Position numbers and translations under genes: made by a program | Shown: one piece after another, positions 40,683 through 55,323 of the stretch | How positions within the stretch are numbered: the stretch's first letter is position 1 | Layout: every line of letters begins with the position of its first letter | The notes under the pieces: model-generated | What the model saw: the letters and a program-made list of their open reading frames with translations, nothing else | Told to the model about the DNA's origin: nothing | Database searches by the model: none | Assembly (NCBI GenBank): GCA_951406725.2 | Contig: OX597818.1 | Coordinates: 5,518,001-5,582,000 of the forward strand | Reading direction: 5' to 3' | Origin: Octopus vulgaris | Lineage: Eukaryota | Length of the DNA stretch: 64,000 bases

Positions 40683-41590
40683 TATTTTCCGACTAGTCTG
40701 TATTCCGAATAAATAATGTCACATAAAACTGCATCACTTTGTTAAGAACAACCTAAACATGTACTTTCATTGCAGATTTGGCCACGTTCCATCGGTATCT
40801 TATACTAGATACCAATTTCTAAATGTTCTGTAACTTGCCTCATGTAATTTAACGCAATAAACAAGCGTCAGCTCTGCGTCAAAACATTAAGTATAATTAA
40901 ACTCGTTTAGTATGTATGAACATGTACATAGAAGAATAAAAAATGCTTAAGTATAAACGAACTGGTTCCAAAAGTGTCACCGAATAGTGCTGTAGCGCCC
41001 CAACAGATTGGCAGCACAGAGGTGCGTGAACAATGAGAGCTAGCAGTGACCTTCATTTCCACGACCGAAGAAGATACAACAGAACCGCAGCTCAACCAAG
41101 AGCGTGCTCATCGTTTCTTTTTTTCGACATCATTTGTATCGTGCACTGAGAATTCGTTCTCTAGGGCCAGACCGTCAAGCGAGAGTTCTACTCCGACGTT
41201 TTGAAGCGTTAGAAGGAGGGCACTCGGCGAAAGCGACCGGATCTGAGTAACACGAAGTATTGGATTCTTCACGGCGACAATGCACTCTGTCGCCCAGCTC
41301 TCCACACTCGTGAGCTTCTCGCAGCAAATTACATGGTACAACTTCCGCACCTGCCCTATCGCGAGATTTAGCCTCTGTGGTCTACCATCTCTTCCCCAAG
41401 ATGAAAATGCAGTTGAGAGGTCACCATTTTTACAGCGTTATCGAGACCAGAGTGAATCGCAAAAAGTCCCCCAGTCGCTTCCCGTTCGGATTCCAAAAGT
41501 GGCAGGAATCGTTGGGACCGGTGTATCGTTAAAACTTAGGTAAATAAATTATTTTCTGTTAAGCATAACTAGTCCGAGAACTTTTTGCAC
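40683..41590 (+). mobile_element. Internally deleted mariner
   Basis: YSDVLKR..GTRRKRPDL...WILHGDNA; decayed TIRs containing GACTAGT and ACTAGTC. Confidence 0.8.
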
Positions 41591-43490
41591 AGTAGGCTTC
41601 CACAATGTGTATACTAAAGTGTTTCTGACAACGGAATGACCATACTTAAAATTATTTTGCTGTAATACTTTATTCAGGTTCCTTATATAATCACATACTT
41701 AGGAAACTTTTGAAATTTAGGCATAGAGAATGTTATACTGGAATATAATAAGGATGACATATCCTTCATATTCACGCACATACACACAACGTATAAATGA
41801 CTACATAAAAATAATTTTATTTATCATTGCATGCATAGTGTACATGTATATTTGCGAGACTAAGCCTGGATATCTATATTATCGAGAGAAAACACTGTGC
41901 CTGTAATTGTGTGTGCATGTTTCTTGGTCTGAGGAAGTAAGCGTGTATCGTGCTGTAGAATATCGAATATTAGAACGTAAAAATATGTATAAAACTATTT
42001 AGATTGGTACACATATCTTTATGGGAATTAATGAGTAATCCTGTTATTAATTTTAATGTTTTTCATGTTAAATGGACGTAAACACGTAAAACAGAGAAAC
42101 CACTTGAGTTATTTACTCCTCTGTTGGTGAGCGTAAATTCGTGATCTGTAATGTGACTATTAAAATATAAAATTTAATTAATGTTATTCAGTGCATTTTC
42201 TAATCTTTTAGAGAAATATGTGCGTTTTATTTCGGTTTTAATGTATTAAAAAAAAATTTTAGAGACCTTTGGATAAAATCTATTATTTAAGTTTAATTAA
42301 AGACCACATTTATAGTATTGCATATTTCCATGTGCATATAAATTAAATACCTTAAGTAGAATTTTCAGATTAAATTCAAAGAGGCTATCCAGGTATTACA
42401 CACACAGACAAACAGTCACACACAGAAAAACACACACACACACACACGAAGACATATATGGGTAACCACTTGGGAAACCTAATCGCTTTAAACATCCCTC
42501 ATTTGTTCACAGTCACCCATATTTCCTGTTTCATCTGGACAATGTCGGCATAGGATTGACTCACTCAATATCCCTTGGAATATACTTGACAAGGTCTTCT
42601 GTTACACACTTGAAGCTCAAATTTGCCAATTCTATCTGAATCTGTACATACACCATCAACCTTCAGTAGCCATCAACATAAATTATGAACTACGTTATTG
42701 TTGTGTCTGGGGAGTCATTCTCTTTCTGCCTTATTAATTTAACACACTCACTGATTTACTTATTTACTTTTACTAAAATTTTCGTTGCAACTTGCAACCA
42801 TTTCAATATTCGTTGACTATAGTTGGCCACAGAGATATGATCTGTTAAGGAAGTTCAACACCATGCGGACCCGCAACCTTGTTATAAGACGCAAAACCTG
42901 ACTGTCCTTACACAATGGTATGGCAATTAATCCCAGCCGCGCGTACATACTTTATCCCCAGCCATGCTGTTTACTCATTTTTTTTTATATAGGAAGTGGT
43001 TTTAGTGTATGCATTTTTAGCTTTGCGGCTAAAAGGTCTTGTTTTATAGGAAAACGTATATATCTTTCTGACCTGGATCAGATTACCCAGTTTTCAGTCA
43101 GACACGCTTTGACGTAATATATTCGATATTTAAAACCATATGAACCATATAGAATGCAATGGCTAAATAGGCATGACCCTTATGGCATTTCTAAAACAAG
43201 GCCGTAGATTAGTTTCCCATTTTGTCTTTTACGCTTGTGACATAAAGGAATCGAATTCTTCTTTTATAAGGAGGACGTTAACTATTGCTAGAGAGTGTCA
43301 TTTGGTGAAGTTGTTGTAGCTCATTATTGTGCTGGTGTCGTTGTCCTTGTTACTATTTCTTTAAATCTAGTGTAAGGATGAAGTGATCACTTGAATACTT
43401 GTTATTTTGTTTTGGTCCATCTGTGTATCCCAAAGAGTATAGGTACATATATTCATTTACACACACGTGCATATACACATCTATATATAC

Positions 43491-43544
<54 letters not shown>

Positions 43545-43578
43545 TATGTACACACACATATACATATAAATACACATA

Positions 43579-43623
<45 letters not shown>

Positions 43624-43631
43624 CTATATGC

Positions 43632-43682
<51 letters not shown>

Positions 43683-43987
43683 GTTAAATGTTTCTTATAA
43701 AGTATATTTTTAAGTATACTTTACAACATATGGGCTGTATTAAGAAGTGCTCATTGCGAGCTAAATCGGGTGATAAAAGAAATTATAGAAGGAACACATC
43801 TAGGCAACGAATACAAATTCATAAGCATAATTCAAATAACGCAACGAATTAAATATACTAATAAATGTATATAAATAAGTGAATAAAATTACAAGTAATA
43901 GTTGTATGTAAACACCGTGCATCATGTACCGAATGGAGAAGTGACAAATAAAGAAACAAAATTCCTTCTATTTTGCTCTCTCATTTT

Positions 43988-44035
43988 GTCTCTGATGATG
44001 GGATATCTTTCATATCACTGAAACAGCTGTAAGAC
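43988..44035 (+). ncRNA. Minimal type I hammerhead next to a PLE 3' end
   Basis: gtct CTGATGA tgg-gatat-ctttc-atatc-act GAAA c-agct-g TA agac; base of stem II is imperfect. Confidence 0.8.
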
Positions 44036-46049
44036 TACCTTTTTCTTTATAAATGTCCAAGAAATATCATACTCTTTTGTCTTTGTTGTCTCATTTATCA
44101 TATAAAAATATGAGAAAGAATTATAAAAAAAGGGAGTGGTATGACAGTAATAAGAAGTTGGTGGAATCCTCTTAAATGGTCAAAGGTCCTAAAAGTGATC
44201 TGTTGTGCTTGTAATAGTAGTGACTGGAATTGTTCTGAATAAATTAATGGGTAGTGACTCTTCTGAATATATCGTTTTAATATTTGCGTGCATATTATTC
44301 TAATGCCCCTGTATTAATGCCATTGGTGATGGACACGTTTAAAGGGGTTTATATTTTGTGATAAAATAGAACTCTTCCCTAAATCGCTGACTAGAGGTTG
44401 CATAGACCCTGACTTTATAGAGGAGAAAAATTCTGAAGCTGGTTTGTTCGTGAGTGGCACAAATGTCGATGTATTTGCTGAATGCTACCTTTCTGTATTC
44501 CCGAATTTTGATCTGGGATCTATGTAGAGCCATACCTTAACGCAGACTGTTTTTGGTTCGCCTATGTATTGATCTTGACACCCTGAGCAAGTTAATACAT
44601 ATGTTAGGTTTTCCGAAGCACACGTGAAAATGTTTTTCACAGTAAAACGTTGACCCTGTTTGAAAGAGAATTCCGATCCCTCGATTAGGTTGACGCATAT
44701 ACTACACTTTGGTCTTCCGCATTTTTTTTACTAACGGCGTCAGAGTTATTGTCAAGCTTACTTGGGCTCGAGTTAAGAGTCTTTTCATAGATTTTGGTTG
44801 TCTTTTACTCCTTATGAGATTGTGCATTTGGAGGATTAAATTCATTCTGTCATCCCTCTTTAGTAGGGGGATGCTCCGGAGGATGGTGTCGATGGCTTCA
44901 TTGTTAAGGGGGTTTTGTGTGGAGATGTTGTAAATGCCTCTTTAGTTTGGGATACCTGAGTTCGTGGATGTTGAGTTGTAGGGCACGTTGAACGTCTTTA
45001 TCAAATAGTGATTGTAGGTGGTTCCTGGTAATGAGTATATCATGTAGTCGTGTGTACCTGGTGCTTGTATTAGAAACTATAGTATAAATCCATTTAGCTA
45101 GGTTGAAGGGGATATTCATTCTAGTGTGACTGGGGTAGATAGTGCTCGGAGCCCGTGTGTTTGTAGTATATATCTGTTTCTACTTTGTTGTTGGATTTCT
45201 TAATTAGGATGTCGAGGAATGGAAGTTGTTGAAGGCTCTATTCCATCAGAGATTGAATGTTTCTGTCAAGTCCATTTATAGGTGTTTGAAATTCTTTAAA
45301 TCTCTCTATACTTTCATGCCAAAGAATGAACTAGTCATCCAGATACCGCTTCCAGTTATTTTCTATGTTGAGGGAGAATGGGTTGACCTATTTTTATAGT
45401 ACCTTACAACAAAGACTAATTTCTAGATGTCCCATGACTAGGTTAGAAAGGGAGGGGGCCATTCTCTTACACATCGCAGTCTCCGATTTTTGTCGATAGA
45501 AGTTGTCTTTGAAGGCAGTAGTTTCGAAGATGAATATTAGCCCTCCTAGGACGAATACTTTTTTGATGTTATGTGAGAGTTCAATGGAGTAATTCTCTAG
45601 CCAGAATTGGATTACCTCTATTCTTAGGCTGTAGAGGATATTAGAATAGAGATTGACTACATTGATGGATATTAGTAGGGAGTTTTTGTTTATTGTTTTA
45701 GAGAGGCATATCTACGTCGTCCCTTATGTAGCTTTTGATATGCCTGAGGAATGGTTTTAAGAATGTGTCTAAAAAGTTACTGAGGCGGTAGGTATAGCAT
45801 GCGGGACCTGATATTATAGGTTTTAATTTGAGGTCATTAGGAGTAGATTGATTATTATGTCTGTAGCTATTCTGCACGCGTTACTTATTTTCTCACTTTT
45901 GTGTATCTTAGGAATTGACTGAATTTACTTTTGAAGTTAGTAATATAATCATATTCTTTGTCGGTGAGCCCTTCTCTGTATGGGTTTAACATAGTCTTTA
46001 GGTTTCTCATTATTTTCTGCTGACTGTGGGGTTGGACATTTTCATAGTA

Positions 46050-47319
46050 CGAGGTGCGTTCAATAAGTAATGCCCCTGACCCACTTGCAGTTGTTTGATC
46101 TAGCTGAAATCTTGCATGTGCACTTATAGATACCTCTATAGATTAAGTGGCGAATTACACCTCTGAACTAATTGTGGTTTCTGATTTACAGGTGTTTGAA
46201 CTGAGTCAAGTGTGAAATGGAGCCTGTTGAGTGTCGAGCAGTGATCCGGCTTTTGTATTTGAAAGGACGCACACCACGGGAGACTTTTGATGAAATGAAA
46301 GTAACTTATGGTAATGATGCCCCATCATATAACCTTATAAAACGCTGGCATTGTGAATTCAAACATAGTCGGAACTCTGTGGAAACAGCTCCCAGATCTG
46401 GTCGCCCCCTTCTGCCGTTGATGAGACGTCTGTCCGTCAAGCTGAGGCTGCCATTTTGGAAGGTCAACGCATAACCATTCGCCAAATAGCCCATAAGGTC
46501 AAGATTAGTACCGGGTCTGTGGAAACTATCATTCATGACCATTTGCATATGCAAAAGGTGTCTGCCAGATGGATTTCCAGGTTGCTCACACCTTTCCAGA
46601 AGCAAGAACGCGTTGGGTGCTCCAGGATGAATTTGGAGATGTGACAAGAAGATGAGTCAAAATTTTTCAAAAGACTGATTACACAGGATACAACCTGGGT
46701 CCATCACTATGATCCATAGACCAAAGCCCAGTCAATGCAGTGAAAGCACCGTGACTCACACTCTCCAAAGAAGGCAAGGGTGCAGCCCTCTGCTGACAAG
46801 GTCATGCTCACAGTCCTCTGGGACCAGGACGGATTAGTGATGACAGATTTCCTGGCAAAGGGTACCACAATTACAGGAGCCTATTATGCTTCACTTTTGA
46901 GGAAATTAAGAGAAGCTATCAAAATCAAGAGGCGGGGCAAGATCAGCAAAGGCATCCTCCTCCTGCAGGACAACGCTCCGGTCCACAACTCGCGTGTCGC
47001 CAGATCAGAAGCACAGGCGTGCAGCTATGAACTCCTCCCCTTGCACCCTCTGATTTTCACCTCTTCCCAGCCATGAAGTTGATTTTGAAAGGAAAGCGTT
47101 TCCCAGATGATGCAGCCTTGATTTCTGAAGTCACGTCGTGGTTGGAGGACCAAGCTGGGTTCTTCTACAAAAACGGACTCCAGAGCTGTATCAAAAGATG
47201 GGAGAAATGCATAACTCTGGGTAGTTCCTATGTAGGAAAAGACTAATAACTGTGCCAAGTTTCGTTGCTCTACTGCTATGGGAAGTGGGTCAGGGGTATT
47301 ACTTATTGAACGCCCCTCG
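46050..47319 (+). mobile_element. Full-length mariner, 1270 bp, with TA TSD
   Basis: TIRs CGAGGTGCGTTCAATAAGTAATGCCCCTGACCCACTT and its reverse complement; TA on both sides. Confidence 0.95.
46217..47246 (+). pseudogene. Mariner transposase, disrupted
   Basis: PRSGRP, KVSARWISRLLT, ITQDTTWV, LQDNAPVH; YSPD motif deleted; several stops and frameshifts. Confidence 0.92.
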
Positions 47320-49760
47320 TATGTTGTGTCTTCTATGGATAGTACTAGATAGTACTAGATAGTACACCAAATTTACAAACTCTTTTTAGTATTGCAGTAA
47401 CCGGGCGTTGACAGGGGTAATCTGCAACAACAAATTGTAGTTCCGCTTTAAAGCAGTGTTTAGAGTGCAAAGAACAAAGTTCAGCAAGATCGTTGCGTGA
47501 GAGAAAAACAGAAAAGAAGACTTAAATAGAAATTTAGAAGAGATACTCAGGTAAGTCAGCAATCACAAACGACGTATTGGTTGTGAAAATGTGTTTTGAA
47601 CTGTTCCCCAAAGCTAAGCTTGAAGGTTATCCTGCGAGAGCCAAGGCGAGTGCTCTTAAACAAGGTGGGGCCCAAGCCTTCGGTAGGCTTCAGTAGCATA
47701 GGTACCATTTGACAAGAAATACACAAGTCGGTCTTTGATGTGCCGAAATGAATGCATATTACCGACTATTTGCAGATGACTACATCTTTTCAGCAGCACT
47801 TTCGTGGACAATTCGAGATGAGTGCCACACTAGAAAGCAATATGGATTACAGAGTTTGCTCTGAGAGCCTGCTGCAACTCTCCATGTTAAAGAAGGAGTG
47901 ATGCGGAAGCTAATAATAGCTGCGGTAATACGGGAACTTGAGCTTCGTGTAATGTCGGGAAGTGGGGTAAATCGCCTTGCTCAGCGATTGAGTTGCTAAT
48001 AAAAGATCGAAACAAGGAAGACCACATTATTTATTTTCGGCCTGGAAAACTCTTATGCGCTTAGTGTCCTCTATGGTCTATGGTCTTACTACTGATGATG
48101 CTATACAACATACATTGTATAAGGAATCTGGCATGCGTTAGATCTTTATTAATTTAGATTTGGTGACTGTTTCCAAGGATTATTTTTCAAGTTTAAATTT
48201 CTTCGTTAATAATTTGCATGTTCTATTTAGATTTTACCTATTATATTTGTAATGCACGACCTAGGATTATAGCCACTTATAGATGTGACAATTCGCTCTT
48301 TTCCTCCTTTGTAATCATTCTCTCCTTCTCTTTCTCTCTCCTTCTCTTTCTCTCTCCTTCTCTGAATTATTCCCTTGTTATTTCTCTTATTACAGGCACT
48401 TTTTATATTTTTCTCCTCTCGATTTTCTACTGCCCACTTTCACGTTTAGCCCTTTTCTCTGTTTCTTTCCCTCTCCTAATTTTTGTATTCACTACCATCA
48501 CTACTGAAGGTCAATTTCAGAGCACTTTATCTGTGTACTTTCTTTCCAATTGAAAGTGTTAAAAACACACTCTCATTAACTTTTGCATTTTCGTTGAATT
48601 TCCCCTCTTTATTTTACATGCTATTCTTCCTTGAGAGATTTTCTTTGCTTCATCGAAAGAATACCACATGTGTATGGCTTAAATAAATTTTGTATATATC
48701 TACACACAGCATTGTATCATTTACCTCCAATTTGCTTCAGTTAGTGGGGCTACTTCCAAATGCATTACTGAAGCCTGGACAGGATAATAGAATATTTGTA
48801 ATTGCTTAAAAATGTTGCACAGCTATCATTCCGAACTCTTCTCAAAGCATGTGCAATACTTTAAAGCACTTTCGTTTTCGAATATATATGTAGAACATTA
48901 CCTGCAACTTCTAAGTAATTTATAAATAATAGACACTGATTAATATTATAGAGTTCTTCTTCAAGAAATATGAAACTGAAACCGTAAATATATATTTAGG
49001 CCAACCAAGTGTGCAGGTATTCTTAACATACTGTTAAGCTATATTAACACTAATAAAGATGTCACTGATTTATAAACAATTAAGGAAGAGATTTAAATAG
49101 AATATTCTTCAATGGACAATGATAAAGATATTGGTGATATGTATTACAATACCTCAGATGCAGATTAGATGTTATAATTGTGGTTGATTTTGTTGATAGT
49201 GAAGATTAGTGTTAATGGTGTTGGAAATTATAAAAATAATTATGATGATGGTGGTATTTGGAGCTATAATAGCTATAATTAGTAGTTTAAAATGTATCAG
49301 CAGCCGTTTATATTTTAAGCAATGTACTTATATTGTAAGCAATATGCTTAATCTATTTAATGAACTCGTGTAATTGCTACGTACATAATGCTGTTTCACA
49401 GTCTCTGGCGATCTCTTTTCTTGTATGTGTTGATTTAATATATTAGTATTCAGTTCTAAACAAATCAACTTTTTTTTCTTCTTAATGTTTATCATATAGC
49501 ATACGTGGTTAATGGTAGAAATAAATGTAACTTGAGGGCTACTTGAGTGTACGATGGACCTCATTATCCTAGAATTGAAATAATAAAACAAGTATGAAGA
49601 CAAATTGAAAAGAAAACAATGAAATACAGAGCTTTTATTTCTGAATGATATATAGAAATGAATGAAGAAATTTAAAAATAGATTTGTTCAATCTTAAGGA
49701 CAGCCGATTACTCACCTCATCACACGCGCACACACGCACGCATGCACACACTTACATATG

Positions 49761-49792
<32 letters not shown>

Positions 49793-50079
49793 TGTATGTA
49801 TGTATGTATCATGTATGTGTCTACGTATGTATGTGTGTGTAAGTGAGTGTAAAGTACCAATTATCCTCAATACAATAAAGGATTCATCATTTACCTTTCA
49901 GTGAATTTAAATAATTTCGGAATCTTTAGGAACATTAACATATCAATCGACCAAATTAACTGATGGAATTTTGACAATACAGACATAAATTAATGCGTTA
50001 CATTCAGAATAATCAAAATACAACGCCAATCGCATTTGTGATGAATATCCTTATAAAGTTTGGTAAGCTAACATCCAAA

Positions 50080-51975
50080 TATCCCGTAGACTCTACAAAT
50101 CTTCCGTACAGACAAAAGAAAAAGCAGTCACAGTAGAGTTTCAATGTACAGCCGAGAAGATGTCACACCATTAACCATGTTATCGCACGCGAACTTAGTG
50201 TGTGACACACTCAGTGTACATCTAAAGCAACTTGGTATAATGATATTGCACACTAGATCGCCCAGCTGATACTTCAAATCATGATGGAAAATTTGAGGAA
50301 AGCCTCAATGCGATAAAAGAAGTATTAACACAATTGGATCAACGCACTACTATATTCCTGATGGGTGACGTCAACTTCCACAACATCAGGTGGCCTGAGG
50401 GTAATATAATCCCAGGAATGACGCACAAAGAGCGAAATCAAGCAGAATCTCTACTTGACCTTACGAAAATGCTGTTCGTGGAGTAGATCATACTCTCTCT
50501 CCAACCAGACATAAAAATATCCTGGATCTTTGTTTTACCAACAATGTGGAAATTGTACACAGCGTAAATATATCACGGACAATATTTTCAGACTATGATA
50601 GAACTGATGATGTATGGCCCGGAATTAATTAAAGATAAACTCCGCGCAGTGACTCTCAAACCCTATCCAGCCTAAATTTGTATAAGGCTGGATGGAAGTC
50701 ACTTGAAAAACAGATACTCCAGCAGGGCTGGTCTAAAACCCTCATTATGCAAGACATAGATACGAAACTTAATAAATTCATGTCAATAATGCGAGCCTTA
50801 TGCGTTAAATATATCCCAGAGAAGGGGGCCAATACACACGAAAACATAATTCCCCGAGACTCATGCGGTGGAGATAAAAATCCCGAATCGTTTAAACAAG
50901 CACCTTAATGACAGTGTGAAATCCCACCTCACTGAGAAATTCTTCGAAATAGAAACTAATCTCCAAATCACCCATGAAAAATAAAGCGAAGAAAGAGAGA
51001 CCTGGGTAGTCGAAAATAAAATCCTAAAACCTTCTACACGTTGGCAAAGGAGACTGGCTCAGTACGCCATAAGATAGGGCCACTATTTAGTAAAAACGGG
51101 TCACTAACTGCAGACGCGGGGAAGATAAGTGAAGCTCTAAATAAACAATTCCAAAATGTTTTCACTTCTCCACTGGAAAATATGGAAATGAACAGGACGA
51201 GGGAGTTTTTCAATGTAATGAATCTATTCAGAAAAGAGGCAACCATCGATTACATCAACATAGCAGAAGATGATGTAATATCGGCCATTGATGAGATGGG
51301 ATCATACTCAGCTACAGGCCCAGATGGACTCCCAGCTATTCTCTTAAACACATGTAAAAAGGGTCTTTCAAAGCCACTGCAGATACTCTTTCAGAGTTTC
51401 CTTGCCTGTGGTAAACTGCCCAACATGCTAAAAGAGGTTATAATATGCCTTGGCCATAAAAAAAGGAGCAGAGAAGAAGCTAAAAACTACAAGACCATCT
51501 CTCTGACCTCACACGTTAGCAGGACAATGGAATGCATTGTCAGAAAAAGGCTGAAAACGTTCCTAGAAGAAAACAACATTCTCACAAACATGCAACATGT
51601 CTTCCGTCCAGGGAGAGCTGCCTCACACAGTTGCTGCATTACATTGACTGGGTACTGAAGTAACAGCTAAACCCGTTAGCTGTGGACGTGATATACCTCG
51701 ACTTTTCCTAGGCTTCGACAAGGTCGATCATAGCATATGTCACAAGCTGCGTAACCTTGGTATCACCAGGAAACTGGGAGGGTGGCTGCATGATTTTCTG
51801 AAGGACATGAGTCAGTTGTAGCCAATGGTGCTCACTCTGAAGAGACACCAATTCTCAGGGGCGCCCCACAAGGAACTGTACTTGGGCCACTACTATTTGC
51901 GGTGGCCCTGTCAGACATGACCTCAGCGGTAAGTCAGCCAATCGGACCAGTTGTGCTGACGACACAAAAGTAGGA
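50080..51975 (+). mobile_element. CR1-like LINE ORF2 remnant (APE + RT)
   Basis: LMGDVNF, ILDLCFTNN, SATGPDG, NYKTISLTSH, DVIYLDFS*.FDKVDH, GAPQGTVLGPLLF, ADDTK. Confidence 0.88.
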
Positions 51976-52039
51976 ACCCAGTTAGACAGCATTCTCCCTG
52001 AAAGAGACGCCGGTCCATAGCATGTTTCAAGAGCAGCAA

Positions 52040-52195
52040 TTTTGAGGAAGAAGGGGTAAGTCGATTACAATGACTTCAGAACTAGACTGGCACTTTATTT
52101 TATTGACCTGAAGGGATGAAAGGCATTGTTGATTTCGGGGAGATTAGAGCTCACAAGGTAAAAAGAAAGATGTGCCCCTAAACATTTTCTCTGAA
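52040..52195 (-). mobile_element. Degenerate SINE (second family)
   Basis: AGTCGATTAC...GGATGAAAGGCA similarity to 19276-19505. A similar remnant lies at ~54465-54570. Confidence 0.55.
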
Positions 52196-52377
52196 GTGAT
52201 ATGACAGTACGGCCTGCCGTCTCATATGTACAGTAGACCAAGGAACATGTTCCTCGAATCTTATCGGACATTTTGAAATTGCGAAAAGCTTTAAAATGTT
52301 CAATGTCATGAACATTAGTTCAAAAAGTTGTCGAATAACATAAGTAACATTGAGAATTTATCTTTTCTTCGGTCTTT

Positions 52378-52775
52378 TCTTTTAATTGTTTCAGTCATTT
52401 GATTGCGGCCATACTGGGGCGCCGCCTTGAAGAAATTTCACTCGAATTTATCGACACCTGTATTTGGTTTTTTAAAACCCGGCTCATATTCAATACGATC
52501 TCTTTTGTCGAATCGCTGGATTTGGGAACGCAAACACACCGACGCCGGTTGTCAAGCGGTGATGGGTATACAGACACAGACAAGCATATACACACGCACG
52601 CACACGCATATTCGGCGGGCTTCTTTCAGTTTCAGTCTACCACATTCACTCAAAAGGTTTGGGTCGGCCAGAAGCTAATATAGAAGACCCTTGCCCAAGT
52701 TGTCACACAGTGGACCTGAGTCCGGAAACTTGTGGTTGGGAAGCAAGCTTCTTAATACACATTCACTCCTGCGCC
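52378..52775 (-). mobile_element. tRNA-derived SINE, full-length diverged copy
   Basis: Reverse complement is colinear with 20378-20768. Confidence 0.85.
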
Positions 52776-55266
52776 TACAAAAATATTTTATGAAGGCAGA
52801 TAAAGCAAGTATCATATGCACTCAAAAGTACTATAGTATATAAACAATATTGCTTGTAGCTATACGAAACTTCACTAACACCAAATATAACTCTATAAAT
52901 AATGGAGCCAAAATCACAGTTGGTACCTTAAAATAAAATCTATACAGCCAAATGCTTAGAATCTTTGGCATTCAAGATCCATTAATCCTCTATCAAACTT
53001 TACAACTTAACTATCAGGAATATTTCACCGCCAGATTCATTAATACAAACAAATCAATAAAGCATATTACGTTTATTAAATAACATACATCTCTTCAATA
53101 TCATCACTTTGCAACACCTATAATTCAGTTACAAGCTGCTTTACACTCACCTCTCACAAATGATTATCTAATCATTCAATTCTCGATTGTCACATCAATT
53201 CCGAATCATTTATTATCGGCGAATTTAAACATTGACGGTAGATACAACAAATAATACGCAAATAGCCAAATTGACTCTCATCAAACGGAAGAGCAAACAA
53301 ATATAACTTTCCTATTACAATGTTAGCCAGATATTCAACATAAATTTAATGGGATGAATTATTTTTAAAATATTCATAATATATTTAGGCATGGTTGTAG
53401 AATTACACACTTTAAGATCTTGGATAAAGCTATCGTGGTAGATAGTTCGGCACTTTACTCTCTGAGGTCTAATTTCATAGAAGCCATCTTTACTGTAACC
53501 GTAATATTTCCCAAGGACCAAAATCGCATTGGTGATGTTCAAATGATTACTACTTCATGCATGAAATGTCTGTAATCAATCCACGCAACAATACGTTTTG
53601 AATATCGAAAGGAGAATAAGATGCATGTATGAATGCATGTGCATGTATGCATGTATGTATGTGCGTGTGTGTGCGTGTTTGTGTATATGTATGTGTGTAT
53701 GTGTGTGTGTGTGATTTATGTATTTAAATCCTTAGCATGTTAAACCTTGAAAAGCACAACGTGCTAGAACTTGAAAACTAAACAGAAATGTTACGCTGAT
53801 GTCTCTATTTATACAAAACAGCATACCAACTGCAATAAAATGAAAGGAACACAACCACGCAATTATTTATTTACCCCTCTGTAAATTTCAGTACTAACTC
53901 CCGCATATACACATGCATATAAAAATAGTTATGCATCTAAATATGAGTGTGTGCGCGCGCGTGATGTGTTTCTGTGTATGTGTGTGATTTATGTGTGCGT
54001 TTGTTTACATTTATAGGAAATCTATGTTCCTCTTAATGTTTCTCTTAATGTGCACAACATAAAATAATTAACGTAGAAATGCATATGTTCCGTAACAAAC
54101 AAAATAACTGACGAAAGGAAATTGTGGCTATAATGCAGGTCCGGCTAAATTAGCTAGAACTTAGACATGTATGTAGCGGTGGATATAATGAGATAATATT
54201 GCTAAGGATAATAACAATAAGCACGGAAAGAATAAAAAAGTGAAAATTCAGAATTTAGAGATTAAATAATTTAGCTCCGAAACAGCGATTTGCTTCGTTT
54301 GTTTTTAAAAATTGATACATAAAATACAAATAGCTTATTTAGTCGCGATATTAACACATTTGAACTACCACATTTGTGCAAAGCAAATATTTGTAAAGTT
54401 CAGCCGCATTGGTGATAACAATTCTTTCTAAATTTTATCGAAATATCATCTGTTTTGAAGGAAGGGGGCAGTCATTGCCGCCAGTACTTGTCTGGTACTT
54501 TAATTTATCCATCAGGAAATCATGAAAGTCAAAGTAGACCACATCAACATTGAAACTCCGAACGTAGATTGGACTATATATGCATAAAAATACAATTTTA
54601 CAAATACACTGTTTATGTTATGGTCAATTTTTTCTCGGCATAATACACTACACACCGATTCTTTCAGCTTGAACTATTTAATTTTGTTCCGCTCACGTTT
54701 ATTTGAATCCTGTCAAATATAATACTGAAAACATTTTACTCATTAACAAACTTTCTTACGCAGTTTTTCATCTATTTCACCGTCATTACAATGCAGATAT
54801 TATTTTGTATTTCAATGATTATGTTTTCAGCTTACGCCGTTAACACTTACAGCCCTTTACTTTTATTATGATAGGCATCCAATTTTTACATTCAGTTTGC
54901 TATACAGAAGATTACTCACACATCTGAGTTTTATTTTTATCAATATTTTCACACAAGTTCTACTGAGACCGGCCCTGTGATAGATTTTTCCATATATTCC
55001 ACCATATTACTCTTATGTAGAAGGTTAGCTTTTCAAAACTTTTCCTATAATTTGTCGAAGAAACATAAATATATCTCCATTTTTCATCATTTTCTTCTCA
55101 TTTTCTTTCGTACACCACACGTCAGTTATTTTTAGCAGTGTATAAATTCACTTTATTTAATTCTCATCATTTACTTCTCATTGTTATTACCATAGTTTCT
55201 GAGAATTTTTTATCCCCTCATTTTACAAGCATTTGAAAATACGCAAAAAATCTCCCTGATTACATT

Positions 55267-55297
<31 letters not shown>

Positions 55298-55323
55298 TTA
55301 TTATTATTATTATTATTATTATT

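Larger units (their letters stand above)
44150..47350 (-). mobile_element. Penelope-like element (RT + GIY-YIG), degenerate, split by a mariner
   Basis: PIISGPACYTYRLS, NLYSNI, NLVMGHLE, WKRYLDD, LPFLDIL, NIPFNLA; endonuclease LTYVLTCSGC.DQYIGE. The frame EDTTY|YENV is continuous across the mariner. Confidence 0.88.

Noticed and set aside
47500-48000. KQG and RLFADD motifs suggesting an old LINE RT
   Set aside because: Only two short motifs; too weak to annotate.
48700-49600. Hydrophobic minus-strand stretches as a further GPCR remnant
   Set aside because: No diagnostic motif; AT-rich DNA gives hydrophobic translations by chance.
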